DNA of 64,000 nucleotides from Convolutriloba macropyga (Eukaryota): the NCBI RefSeq assembly GCF_964194025.1, contig NC_134476.1, positions 28,954,001 to 29,018,000 on the forward strand, given 5' to 3'. Shown piece after piece: positions 47,330-57,960 of this stretch. The first letter of the stretch is position 1, and the number at the start of each line of letters is the position of its first letter. The notes under the pieces were generated by a model. It saw only the letters and a program-made list of their open reading frames with translations, searched no databases and was not told where the DNA came from. The position numbers were made by a program, and so were the translations under genes.

Positions 47330-48152
47330 CAAGATAATTTCCACAAAAGAACGAACTTTTATTTCATTGGTTGGTCAAAGCGGGTCTGGGAAATCTCATC
47401 TTATACATGAATGGTTAACATTTGGAACTTTTCAACCAGAGTTCGACAAAATTTACTACTTCTATCAACATTATCAATCTCTTTATGGTTTAATGTCTAA
47501 AAATGTTAAAAATATTGAGTTTAAAGAAGGAGTTGGCTTTGAGTTTATTCAAAACCTCCCGAATAACGGAACAAAGTATCTGTTAAAGTTTGACGACTCT
47601 TATGAGGAAATTTCCAGCTCTAAAGATTTTGTTAAAATTGCAACAGCTGGAAGACATAAAGGACTCAGCACAATATATATCAAACACAATTTATTTCATC
47701 GGAGTAGATTAAGAAGAGATATAGAGTTACAAAATACTCATATTGTCTTGTTCAAACCTCCTAGAGATGTACTGCAAATAAAAACTCTGAGTCAACAGTT
47801 GGGATTAGGTTCACAATTAAGAGATTGGCATACCAAAGCAAGTTCTATTCCTTATGGTTATTTACTTAATGATTTAACTCCCGAAACAGTCGACACTCTT
47901 CGATTTTGTACAAATAGTGGATCGATTCCTTCAATTTTTTTCCTTCCACAACATAACGGACAGCGGACCACATTTTTGAGTGATGAGCACACAACATCTC
48001 TCTACTCTGACAACGTTCCAAAGTTATTCCCGGAACTTCAAAAGAACTTACCTAAAAAAATTTCCAAAAGAGTTTTTTCAGTTTCTAAACGAGTGCCTCG
48101 TAACCTGCTCAGAGGAAAACTGCGAGATATTCAAAAACAAGATGTAATATAG
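47325..48152 (+). CDS. A32/FtsK-family genome packaging ATPase
   Basis: Walker A GQSGSGKS, Walker B LLKFDD, AGRH.G.STIYIKHNLF, QNTHIVLFK.PRD..Q. The 3' end runs into the next ORF by frameshift. Confidence 0.93.
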   Translation: MNKIISTKERTFISLVGQSGSGKSHLIHEWLTFGTFQPEFDKIYYFYQHYQSLYGLMSKNVKNIEFKEGVGFEFIQNLPNNGTKYLLKFDDSYEEISSSKDFVKIATAGRHKGLSTIYIKHNLFHRSRLRRDIELQNTHIVLFKPPRDVLQIKTLSQQLGLGSQLRDWHTKASSIPYGYLLNDLTPETVDTLRFCTNSGSIPSIFFLPQHNGQRTTFLSDEHTTSLYSDNVPKLFPELQKNLPKKISKRVFSVSKRVPRNLLRGKLRDIQKQDVI

Positions 48153-48284
48153 TATCAAGACGAAATTCATCAGCTTATTCTAACAAGAACTGGAATAAAT
48201 AAAAAGAGAGCGATTTTAAGTTCAAGGAAAGGAATAGAACTTATATCAATTTTAACTCCGTCTATCATTAACCGTCTTTCATGA
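48030..48284 (+). pseudogene. Small basic Polinton protein, disrupted
   Basis: FLNECL.NLLRGKL...KKRAILSSRKGIELISILTPSIINRLS* reconstructed across frames. Confidence 0.45.
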
Positions 48285-48285
48285 A

Positions 48286-48693
48286 ATGGAACAGTTTGTT
48301 TTGATTCCTCAGCAGCTTTACGAACAAAAATTCAAATTAAATGTGTACAAATTGGACAAGAGTGAGGGAAAAGTTAACTTCGTACCACAAAATTTAGATT
48401 CTCTTCACAAGGAAATCACCAATAACACTAAATCATTCAAAAACGACTCAGTTGTAGATCAAATACTGAAATTTCCTCGAATCAAGCTGTCCCTCAGTGA
48501 CTCCATTTTACTGGATGGAAGAGATACAAATGTAGCATTTACCGATTTTATTTACGCTTTGAAGAGAAAAAATATTGAATTTCTTGATATCTATTACACA
48601 ATACTTGATGCTACAGGGATAAGTCTGAACAAAATTATAAACAAGGCTGCCAAAAGCAAAGACAGAGGGAGTTGGATCCCTTTCAAAATCTGA
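48286..48693 (+). CDS. Polinton hypothetical protein directly upstream of the integrase
   Basis: Intact 135-aa ORF MEQFVLIP...GSWIPFKI, tightly packed between neighbours. Confidence 0.6.
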   Translation: MEQFVLIPQQLYEQKFKLNVYKLDKSEGKVNFVPQNLDSLHKEITNNTKSFKNDSVVDQILKFPRIKLSLSDSILLDGRDTNVAFTDFIYALKRKNIEFLDIYYTILDATGISLNKIINKAAKSKDRGSWIPFKI

Positions 48694-49578
48694 AAAAGCG
48701 AAACTTCAACGATTATACAAAGAAGAAAAAGCTGCATTTGGATCGGATAGAAATCTTCAGAAAGCGAGCGATCTTTAAAGAAGCAAGGTTATTTCATTTC
48801 TCCACGCTAAAATTTCCTATACAAAATATCGTCGAGCAAATCGACATTTTAGACGATTACCTGCATTTGCAAAGCGGATAAATGAAATAAGTGCCCTTGA
48901 TTTAGCTTTTATGGACAAATTGTCAGAGTTTAGTAGCGGATTGAAGTATTTATTAATCTGCGTTGATGTATTTTCTCGTTTTGTCCGTGTTCAACAATGA
49001 AATCAAAGAATTCTACAGATGCTCTAGCAGCTTTCAAAAAAAATCTACGAAAAAAAAAGTATGGGTCGATCAAGGAACAGAGTTTGGTGGCGAAATTAGG
49101 AAATTTAGTAGACAAAAGAAATTAAAAGTTATTCAACGAGAAGTGAAACAAAAGCTGCCGTAGCTGAGAGAGCTAACAGATCTTTGAAAAACATTATTTA
49201 TCGCTTCATGGAAGAAAACGGGTATAAGTACCTTTTAAAAATGAGCTCTTTCCTAAATACAATGAATGGTAGAGTAAATACATCTACAGGTAAAGCTCCA
49301 AAGGAGGTAAAAAACAAAGACTTTCTATCAATTTTTTTTTTTATAAAATCCGATCAGTCAATACAAAAAAACCTTGGTTTAAAGCAGGGGATAAAATACG
49401 GATTTCGAAATACGATATTCCTTTTAGAAAAGGATACAAGTCACAGTTCATGGGTGAAATTTTTGAAAATTTTAAGATTGCTACTCACAAACCTCCAACA
49501 TAGAACCTCAAGGGAGAGCAGGGTGATGAAATACTAGGAAAAATTTATGAACAAGAACTCTCAAAGTGTGTCATCTAG
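48672..49578 (+). pseudogene. Polinton retroviral-like (rve) integrase, frameshifted
   Basis: LDLAFMDKL, KYLLICVDVFSRF, VWVDQGTEFGG, KAAVAERANRSLKNIIYR, F.KGYK.QF..EIF.I, G..YEQEL. Confidence 0.9.
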
Positions 49579-49580
49579 TG

Positions 49581-50340
49581 ATGATTTCTTATACGGTAGA
49601 GCTGGTTTCCAACGCATCTTTTGATTGTTATCCAAATAATACATTGAGTTCTTTTACCAATTTCCTTCCAGAACTGATTAACCTTGAAGGAGAATGGGAG
49701 GTGGCAATAAACGGACTATCATATCCAACTTTGTACCAGAATATTACTGATGGAAATTTTTTATATCTAGATGCTGCAACTCCATATACAAAACCTTCCG
49801 ATTATTATACAATTGATGCAGAACTATATCCATCAATATCTGATGTTGTGAACGAAATGAACAAAAAAAATTCAGGAAAGAGAAAAGTATGAGAAAACTC
49901 CAATCAAATTAAGTCAACAGATTTACACAGAGAATCTCCTTAAGTCTTCCTAATGAAAACTCGTTACTAGTTACTTTCAGTACCGATCTCTTTCACGTAT
50001 TTGGTTGTGATGAAGCTGTTTACGGAATGGGAGTTAATATGAGTGGTCTTGGACCACATTTTCCTAAATTTCCTTACGATATTATTCGAATTCATACTCT
50101 CATGATATACAGTGATATTGTTGAATACAGTATTCTAGGTGATACAAAAGCCGCGCATTTGAGATGTATTGCGTTTATTTCTAAAATTTAAAATGGAGAC
50201 ATAATATCTACTGGACAATATATGAATTATCAAAACTTTCCAAATCTACATTTTAAAAAAATTCTGAAAAATTCTTTCCACAGCATTAAACTTGAGCTCA
50301 GCGACTCATACGTTGGAAAAGTTCCCTTCAAGTTTACGAA
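49581..50340 (+). pseudogene. Minor capsid (penton) protein, frameshifted
   Basis: VELVSNAS...YPNNTLSSFTNFLP..INLEGEWEVA; C-terminal MIYSDIVEY..LGDTKA..LR. Confidence 0.85.
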
Positions 50341-50344
50341 AAAA

Positions 50345-50700
50345 GGTTGCAGACAGTGATTTACCGTATTTTCGTGGTTATTCAAGATAAAGGGGAAGAG
50401 GATTTGGTGCTTTAGCACAAACAATTGGGAGGACTGCAATTCCATTTTTGAGACAATATGTTGTACCAGCAGCTAAAAGAGTTGGTGCTGACTTGATTGA
50501 ATTAGCTGCGCCAGAAATCGGAAAGGTATTAGCTGGAAGGAAAAGTTAAAATATGCTGCCACAGATGTTGGAAAGAAAACTTCAGTAAACAGCTAGGAGG
50601 ACGAAAACCTTAACGACGTTTTATTCGAAAACGCTCGACAAAAATCAGTCGAGGTCGGCGAACTAGGAGGGATATTTTTTTAATACTAAAGTGAATACCA
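50345..50700 (+). pseudogene. Putative virion core/membrane-active protein (YFRG...RGRGFG motif, Arg-rich tail)
   Basis: LPYFRGYSR*RGRGFGALAQTIGRTAIPFLRQYVVPAAKRVGADL...KQLGG...RGRRTRRDIF. Confidence 0.6.
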
Positions 50701-52013
50701 GATCAACAAATGATAGTAATTTCCGTTATGGACACTTTACCAATTCTTGCTTGGAGATTTTTGAAAAAATTCCGGTTTTGGAAACAATTGAATCCTCCCA
50801 TATTCAAGAAGTTTATCCCAGTAATTCATTGAATGAAAGCAGCATTGAATTTGAATTTGAAACTGATAGAATCATTTATCTTGATATGAGAGATATTCAT
50901 TTACAAATTAAAGTTGGATTGCAAAAGGGAAGATTATTTGTAGAGAAAAGAGAGAAGCATGGAAAAACAGATATCGGTATGACTTTCACTGATGATGATT
51001 TACAATATTTGACTCATGTCAGCAGTTTTTTACACTCTCTTTTCTCCATCTGCGAAGTGTGCTTAAACAATCAACAAGTGTACAACTTTAACGGACTCTA
51101 TGGTCACAAAGCTCTGATATCCAATGAATTCAATGCTTCTACAATGAAAAATGAAGGAATTGTGGCTTGTCATGGATACGAATTTGAGAAAGATCCTAGT
51201 GATCATGAAAAAAGCCCGTTAATAGACAGGGAAGAAGAGCTTTTGTTGAAAGATGGGGCCACCTTATATGGTAAACTTGCAATCGACTTATTTCGATGTG
51301 AAGAATTATTACTTCCAAATACAAAAATTAGAGTCAAATTGATTCGCGCGAGACAAAATTTTTACATGATTTCCTACAATCCTCATGTTTCCCTTAGAGT
51401 TCTCGACTGTTCACTTTTTACGAGACGTTTAGTCGTTAATGAAGTCTGTCAACAGACAATCAAGTATCAACTAACACATCAACCAGCTTGCTATATTTTA
51501 ATGGAGACAATTGCGCGAACATTTATTTCTCCTTCAGGACAAAACCAAATTAATCAGGAAAATTTTTTCAATAATGCTCCAATCAGGCGAATTGCAATAG
51601 CAATGAACACTAATTCAGCATTCACTGGACATTTTCAAGAAAATCCTTTTCATTATCAAAAGTTTGGACTGCGGGAGCTGAGAATTGTTCGAGGGGGGAG
51701 AGCTGTTGTCTCCATTGATACAACCAACAATTGTAGAGTTTATGTTAAAACAATGAAGGCAATGAACTTCAACGAAGAAATTCCTGCGTTACCCAATGAT
51801 TTTTTTACAGATCATTGTGTGCTTGTATTCAATCTCACCTCACTGCAAGATGCTGATAAAAATGTTCATTATCTTGAACTCAGTGGGGAAAGTCTTCGTT
51901 TAGAAATGTTCTTTGAACGTCCGCTAACCAATGTAACCGAGTTAATTGTTCTAGGAGGACGAATCTCAACAGTTATAATTGATCAGTTTGGAACAGTTGC
52001 AAAAAATGTCTGA
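50691..52013 (+). CDS. Double jelly-roll major capsid protein
   Basis: 440 aa; LEIF...VLETIE...EVYP, IEFEF...YLD, LHSLFS..V.LN, DLF..E.LLP.., N.AF.G....NPF.YQ.F, VFNLTS, G.LRLE..F..PL. Confidence 0.9.
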   Translation: MNTRSTNDSNFRYGHFTNSCLEIFEKIPVLETIESSHIQEVYPSNSLNESSIEFEFETDRIIYLDMRDIHLQIKVGLQKGRLFVEKREKHGKTDIGMTFTDDDLQYLTHVSSFLHSLFSICEVCLNNQQVYNFNGLYGHKALISNEFNASTMKNEGIVACHGYEFEKDPSDHEKSPLIDREEELLLKDGATLYGKLAIDLFRCEELLLPNTKIRVKLIRARQNFYMISYNPHVSLRVLDCSLFTRRLVVNEVCQQTIKYQLTHQPACYILMETIARTFISPSGQNQINQENFFNNAPIRRIAIAMNTNSAFTGHFQENPFHYQKFGLRELRIVRGGRAVVSIDTTNNCRVYVKTMKAMNFNEEIPALPNDFFTDHCVLVFNLTSLQDADKNVHYLELSGESLRLEMFFERPLTNVTELIVLGGRISTVIIDQFGTVAKNV

Positions 52014-52424
52014 AGAACTCTGCATTAATCAAGATTTTTTAATTTTTTTTTCAATTTTTTCATGATTTTTATATCATTGCCTTCTGGGTCGGAACATTTG
52101 TGGGATATGTACTTTCATCACCCAGTTGCAACCCCTTTCATACTATTATATCAAGATAGGGAATGGTAGACCTACATCAAACTTATATGTATACCCTATT
52201 TGTGCGGTATTCCTGGGACTTTCAATCATCATCATTATCTTTCATCCCGATTTCACCAGTAACACTGAAGACCGAGTAAGTAAATCTACAGAAGATCTGA
52301 TACGTACAGTTCCCCAATCTAAGGATTGTTGTTTTTTGAAAAGAACGAATCATTTCAACTTGATTGTAATGTGAGAAATCCCTGTTCCAAAGGAGCTTGC
52401 GAATTGAAACAGAAAATTATTTGT

Positions 52425-52824
52425 CATTGATAATAAATCTCTTCAACAAATTAAAGAACGTTTTCCTGAGCTAAAAGTCAAATACATTGTATTGTTTCCG
52501 GCAGATTTCATTCCAAATTTACCCAAATTCAGCTTTGCAATCATTAACACTGCTTCGAGTAAAGAAGTCGGTGAACATTGGATATTGATTGCTCGACTCA
52601 ACAGAAATTACTATTATGCGGATTCTCTTGCTCGATCAGTAACACATATCGAATTTTTAGGTAAAAAGTACCAAAAAATAAAACATCGACCACTTCAGAA
52701 GATGCAAAATTTGTGTGGATTCTACGCAATTTTTGCAGCATTTCAACTATTTAAAATTTTCCAAACCAACTTGAATAGTATTCATGATGTGCACGTGTTA
52801 ATTTTTATAAGAAACTATATGTAG
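52425..52824 (+). pseudogene. Adenain-like cysteine maturation protease; 5' end damaged
   Basis: FPAD..P, IINT....GEHW, YYADSL, PLQ...NLCGFYAI (His-Asp-Gln-Cys order). Confidence 0.9.
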
Positions 52825-52958
52825 TAGTGTTCATTTTGATACTTAATAAGCTGAAGTTAATAGAGTCGATAGTATTTGTTTCTCGTAACAGTTTCTCGTG
52901 AGTTTTTTAAACTTTTTTAAATCGAACTTCAATAACCACTCGGCTAAGTGTACCGTAA

Positions 52959-53947
52959 TGTTCATTGAAATTTATACAGTTTTTTGTAAATGATTGAGTA
53001 ATTTTGTATTTTGTTGCTCATAATTTATTCTGTGTCTGTCATTTTATACTATTTTAAATCATTTTTTTTCCTTTATATAACATGTTTTTTCAAATAATGT
53101 ACCGAAGAAATTCATATATGCATGTAATTAGCAAGATGGCGCATTGAGAGCGCGCTGGGCCCATAACCCAGAGGACGGTAGATCAAAACTACCTCTTGCT
53201 ATCATTGAACTTTTTCCAATTAATGAGCGCGCAAAAGACAACTGTTACACAATTGATTCAAACAATTAGGGGAACAATCTTTGCAATTGACCGAAAGCTT
53301 AACAACCAAAATTCAACATGTCACATAAATACACTCAGATAATTAGGGTAATTGAAAACCCACGCCAATTAACTTCACAGTTTAATATGACCTAAAATTT
53401 GTAAACAAAAATTCAACATGTCACATAATTACCCCTCAGATAATTACAGCAATTAAATACCCACACCAATTCTATTGTTCTCAAGTAAACTTTTAATAAC
53501 TACACAAAAATTGATATTTTCCCCTCGAAATTTAAGCCAATCAGGGGTGTCTCCGAACCTACCCCCCACATTTGCACCGACAATACTACTAGCATATGTG
53601 CATGCACAAATACATGCACAAAACCTATACCCTATCCTAATACATGGCGGCAACTACAACTAACCTTAATACATCTCCGCGGCTATAACTAATCTTAATA
53701 CATGTCGCCGGCTATAACTAATCTTAATACATGTCGCCGGCTATAACTAATCTTAATACATGACGGCGGCTATAACTAATCTTAATACATGTCGCCGACT
53801 AATCTTATTACATGCAATCTATACCCTATCTTAATACATGTGAGAGGCCCCTATCTCCTGGAAATTACACTATACCTTATCTTAATACATGTGGACCTCA
53901 ACCCCCCCCCCCCCCCCCGGGGGAGGGTAGCTCACGTATATACTAAT
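52959..53947 (-). repeat. Polinton right TIR, including an extra ~100-bp internal duplication near 53310-53410
   Basis: Reverse complement of 34993-35875; AAAATTCAACATGTCACATAA occurs twice here. Confidence 0.93.
53130..53201 (+). tRNA. Initiator tRNA-Met (CAT) inside the right TIR, two D-loop substitutions
   Basis: Identical to the left copy except D-loop ATTGAGA versus AGTGGGA; TTTTT at 53211-53215. Confidence 0.85.
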
Positions 53948-54699
53948 TACGTAACTGCTTTTCGATGTTCATTTGTGTTCACTTGCTGAGTGAAGTTGAA
54001 TTAACGTCTCATATATGAAACAGCAAAGAAGTCTATCTGAAGTTGTAGATAGACGGAATTACCGAGGGATGAAAGCTAGATAGAGTTTTGAAAACAAAGT
54101 TTCACAATTCGTTGAGCTATTGGCTCTTTCATGAAGAAGAATAGGTAACAGTAGATTAGGTGAGGATCGGAAATAATGGGGACGCCACAGAGCTTGAATG
54201 TACAGGAGTTATCGTCGCTTTGAAGAAAACTGTCAGGGTTAGCACACTCCGTTGGAGTAGAAAAGGGCGAATGGGCGTCGTTCCCTAACCCCGCACATTT
54301 GTACCGGAGAAAATCTGTATTGAACAGATATTATAATAATGCCATCTATATGAGGTTCAACACCATTTTTTGAAAAACAGCTCAGCTATAGGCGTCAAGT
54401 GCCGTTCAACCAGATCATCAGAATCCTGAGAAAAATTCATGCCATACATTGTCGCGGGCAAAATTACGGAGCATGGTAGGCGATAGGTGGACTTGAAAGA
54501 TATTGAGAATAAATTGACTTTGTTCCTAAGGTAGTATATATCATTTCTCGCTATTGATTTGCCGTGTTTAAAAGGTTTTTATGGTGACAATTTGGCGAAG
54601 AAGAAGAAGATCGAATAAACCATCAAATCACACTGACAAAATGTCGAAATTATTTCCAGATTTAAAAAAACATTAAATTTGGTTGGTCAAGAGTTTTTT

Positions 54700-56900
54700 G
54701 TAGAATTTTTGTAAGAGTGTCAACTTTAAAATGTGATTACAAAAAAAATTTGTTTGGTTGTTAAAAAGGTTAGCTTACAGTCCATTGGCATAGAACGTGG
54801 CAATCATTTGCCTGTTTTTTGGCGAGCAGTCTCTTTTAATGCGTGTATATCTTGAAATATCAACTTCTTCAAAAGCATTATGGTTGATGTGTACCTGCTT
54901 ACTCCGCCCAAACTTTTCCAATAAACGGCTTTTGTTTTTTGATAATGCTGCTTTATATCGATTTCAAAAAATTGACGTACCTCTCTAGTCCGTAAGTTGA
55001 GGCTGGAAAAACAATTATTTGAAAAGATTTTGAGCTGAGTTGAAGTTGACTTTTTGCAGATTTAGTTTGTAGAGTATTGAAGCTACTGAATGATAAGTTT
55101 TGTTCGTTATGTGCTTTAGATGATAACTGGGGGATAACGTGCTTGAAAAAATTACATCTAGATAACAGATAGTGTTGATAATTTCAAATTCTCCCTTTGA
55201 TATCTAGAATTTTTCATCGACAGCTAAACGGCCATCTGTTCTGTGTTTTTTGCTTTTGTCTTTTCATTATTGATTTTCAAATAGTTCCTGCTACAGTACT
55301 TGTTCAGATTATTCAAAGTTTGTTGTAGTTGGCATTGGCTGTTGCTCCCAAGAACTAGGTTATCAGCGTAAAATATAACAACTAGCCCCTTGCATTTCAA
55401 CTCATTATATAAGTTTCCTATTAAAAAACGAAATAAAAGTGGTGAGAGTTTGTTTTCACGAGCTACTCCTGTTTTCAGCTCTACCTCATTTGACAAGAAA
55501 TTGCCATCAAGGATCTGCTGGAAGTTGCATTTCAGCACTGATTGTTATGTGTGCAGCATGTACCCATGGAGACGCAGTTTTATCAGCTTTGCAAACAGCA
55601 GGTTCCTCTTTACGAAATTGAATGATTTTTTGTAGTCATTGAAACAGGCATAGAATTTGCCATTGCAGCTGATGTTTCGCTTGACTGCTCTTTTCAAGTG
55701 TGAAACTGCTTCGATTGCTGACAGTTTTTGTCTGAAACCATATAAGCTTGTTGGTAAAATTTGATTTCGCTCGACCCATGTGCGTAAACGCTGGTAAATG
55801 ATACCCGTGATTAACTTGCACATGCAACATAACAGGCTAAAGCCTCTGTAGGAACTTTGTTCTGTTTTGCTCCCTTTGCCTTTGTAAAATGGTTTCGTAT
55901 ATCAGAGTTCCAAAATCGTGTAACAATATGCTCCGCAAAGCAGAGGTTGAATATATAATTTACGTATCTTTGAAATTGCTGAAAAGCTAATTTAAAACAA
56001 GTGTTCATTTTTCCATCTGGTCCCGCTTCTTTACCAATTTTTAACTTTAAAACTTCCTCAGTAATTTCTTCGTTTAATTGGATCATTGAAATGTCCGGTA
56101 CAACTCCAGTTTGCGAAACAATAATCCTGGTTTTCTAAGGTTCATTCGTCTAAAAGTTTATCCGATATTTGGTTCTCAGCTTTAAACGAACCTTGGAAAT
56201 ATGATTCCCAAGTTGGAATTGTATTTCCGGACGCTTTTTTAAATATTTTCTTTGATTTCTGAAATTCCCAAAATTCTCGCCTTTCAGACTCCGCTTTTCT
56301 GAACAGGAAACTATTACGATCTATTTCGTGCATCAATTTGTTTTTTGCAGTTTTTTAAAGGCTTTTTTGCTTTGTCTCTGTTTGTATTCAGCTTTCAGCT
56401 GCTCATGCAATTAGTTCTCTTTTGAACCATTTCGGTGATTTTCTTTCAGGCAGAACGGTTGCCAATTCATGAGTAACCTTGTTGAATTCGTCATACGATG
56501 TGTCTATTGTGTTGCTATTGTGTTGACTTTAAACACTTTTGATTCTTTCTCTCAACGTCGAATTTTTGCATTTGCCTCTTTCTGCTTTCAGCTATATCTT
56601 GTCCATCTTTTATGTCAAAGCATAAAAAAATCTGTTTTTGCTTTGTTAAGAATGAATTGTTGATCTTTATCTGTTTAAAGTGTTCTAGGAGTTCCTTGCT
56701 TACGAAAAATAAATCGATAACGCGATAACAAAAATAAAATATTGACGTTAATACAATGATGATTCCAGTTAACTAAAAATTCGTAGAGTGAGTTGCCTCT
56801 TTCCGTTGCGTCGAGTCTGCAATTGAAGTCGCCGCATAGGCCCACTATAACGCCCATTATCAGTAAAATACAACATCTAGTTATCGTTTTTTTATTAAAA
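54700..56900 (-). mobile_element. Decayed non-LTR retrotransposon (APE endonuclease + RT)
   Basis: CGDFNCR (APE), KEAGPDG, YGFR, ACFNDYKKSFNFV, GV....LSPLLF, FYADNLVL, LKIN.EKTK. Confidence 0.85.
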
Positions 56901-57960
56901 TTTTTCGTTCGTTCTGTGAATATGGTATTGCCAACATGATCATCTGAAAAAAAATGATTTAAGAAGAAAAGTTAGCCTTTTAAATTAACATCGTGGCATA
57001 CGTGGTGTTTGATTGGTCGAGGAATGTATTTGATAACGAAGCATGCATGCGCTCTCTGCTCTCCTAGTTTTATTTTGTTCTGACTATTTGTCTTCAAGTC
57101 CATCGTCTTGGATCTCTTTGACTGAAGAAATTTCCATCGAATGTTGGGCAAATAACTTTTGTCGAGATTACTGTGTACAATATTAATAGCCTCGGTTAAT
57201 TGTTTATCTATGGAAGCCAACAGTGCTGAAACTTTTAAAAATGCAACGTGCCGATAGCTCTGATTAGGAAGAAGTCACCATTCAAGAGTCACCATTTTTC
57301 AACATTTTAGGTAACTCATTGTAAATTCTTGAATTAGTTTCGAATGGTATCCGTTGACTATTAAATCACCTAATTACATGTATATTCCAGTTTGCTGTTT
57401 AAGTTGTCCGCGGTAAAATGTCTATTTCAAATCTTTTGGTGAAAACAATTGTGGTACTGTTTGGGTGATTCTAAGAGCTGCAAGAAGTGGAGTGAAAATA
57501 TTGTGTCTGTTTTTTAGGCATTTTAGCACCCTGCTTTAATTTTATTCCCCCAGCTTAAACTTGCACAACTTACTCTATAGCGGCAGGGGAAGGCTCTTAC
57601 AATTAGAGGACTCAATAAGTTTTTGTATTGATTCTGTCCTCCCATCTTGTAAGTGGAGACATGACATGATTGCAACTATCACTTTATTTTGCAAATAGAT
57701 TTAATCGAGTTGATTTTTACCTAGCGATGAAAGGAATGGCGAAAACGTTTGTCTTTTTGATTTATCATATTGACTTATATCTTTTCCTATATACTATAGT
57801 TTGTAATTGCAATTGCGGAAATTGTGATCTAAATCGAAAGATATGAATCAACATACATAGACTCTAAAGCGTGGACTACAACAACTATTTCTTTAATAAT
57901 TATCTCTGGTATTTTTTCGGTATATTGTTTGATTAATGGCTTCCATCTTCTAGGTTAGTT

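Larger units (their letters stand above)
34993..53947. mobile_element. Polinton/Maverick endogenous virus-transposon, full length (~18.96 kb), mutationally decayed
   Basis: 6-bp TSD TACGTA (34987-34992; 53948-53953); ~0.9-1 kb TIRs with terminal consensus AGTAGTATATA; pPolB, A32-like ATPase, rve integrase, minor and major capsid, adenain-like protease. Confidence 0.97.
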
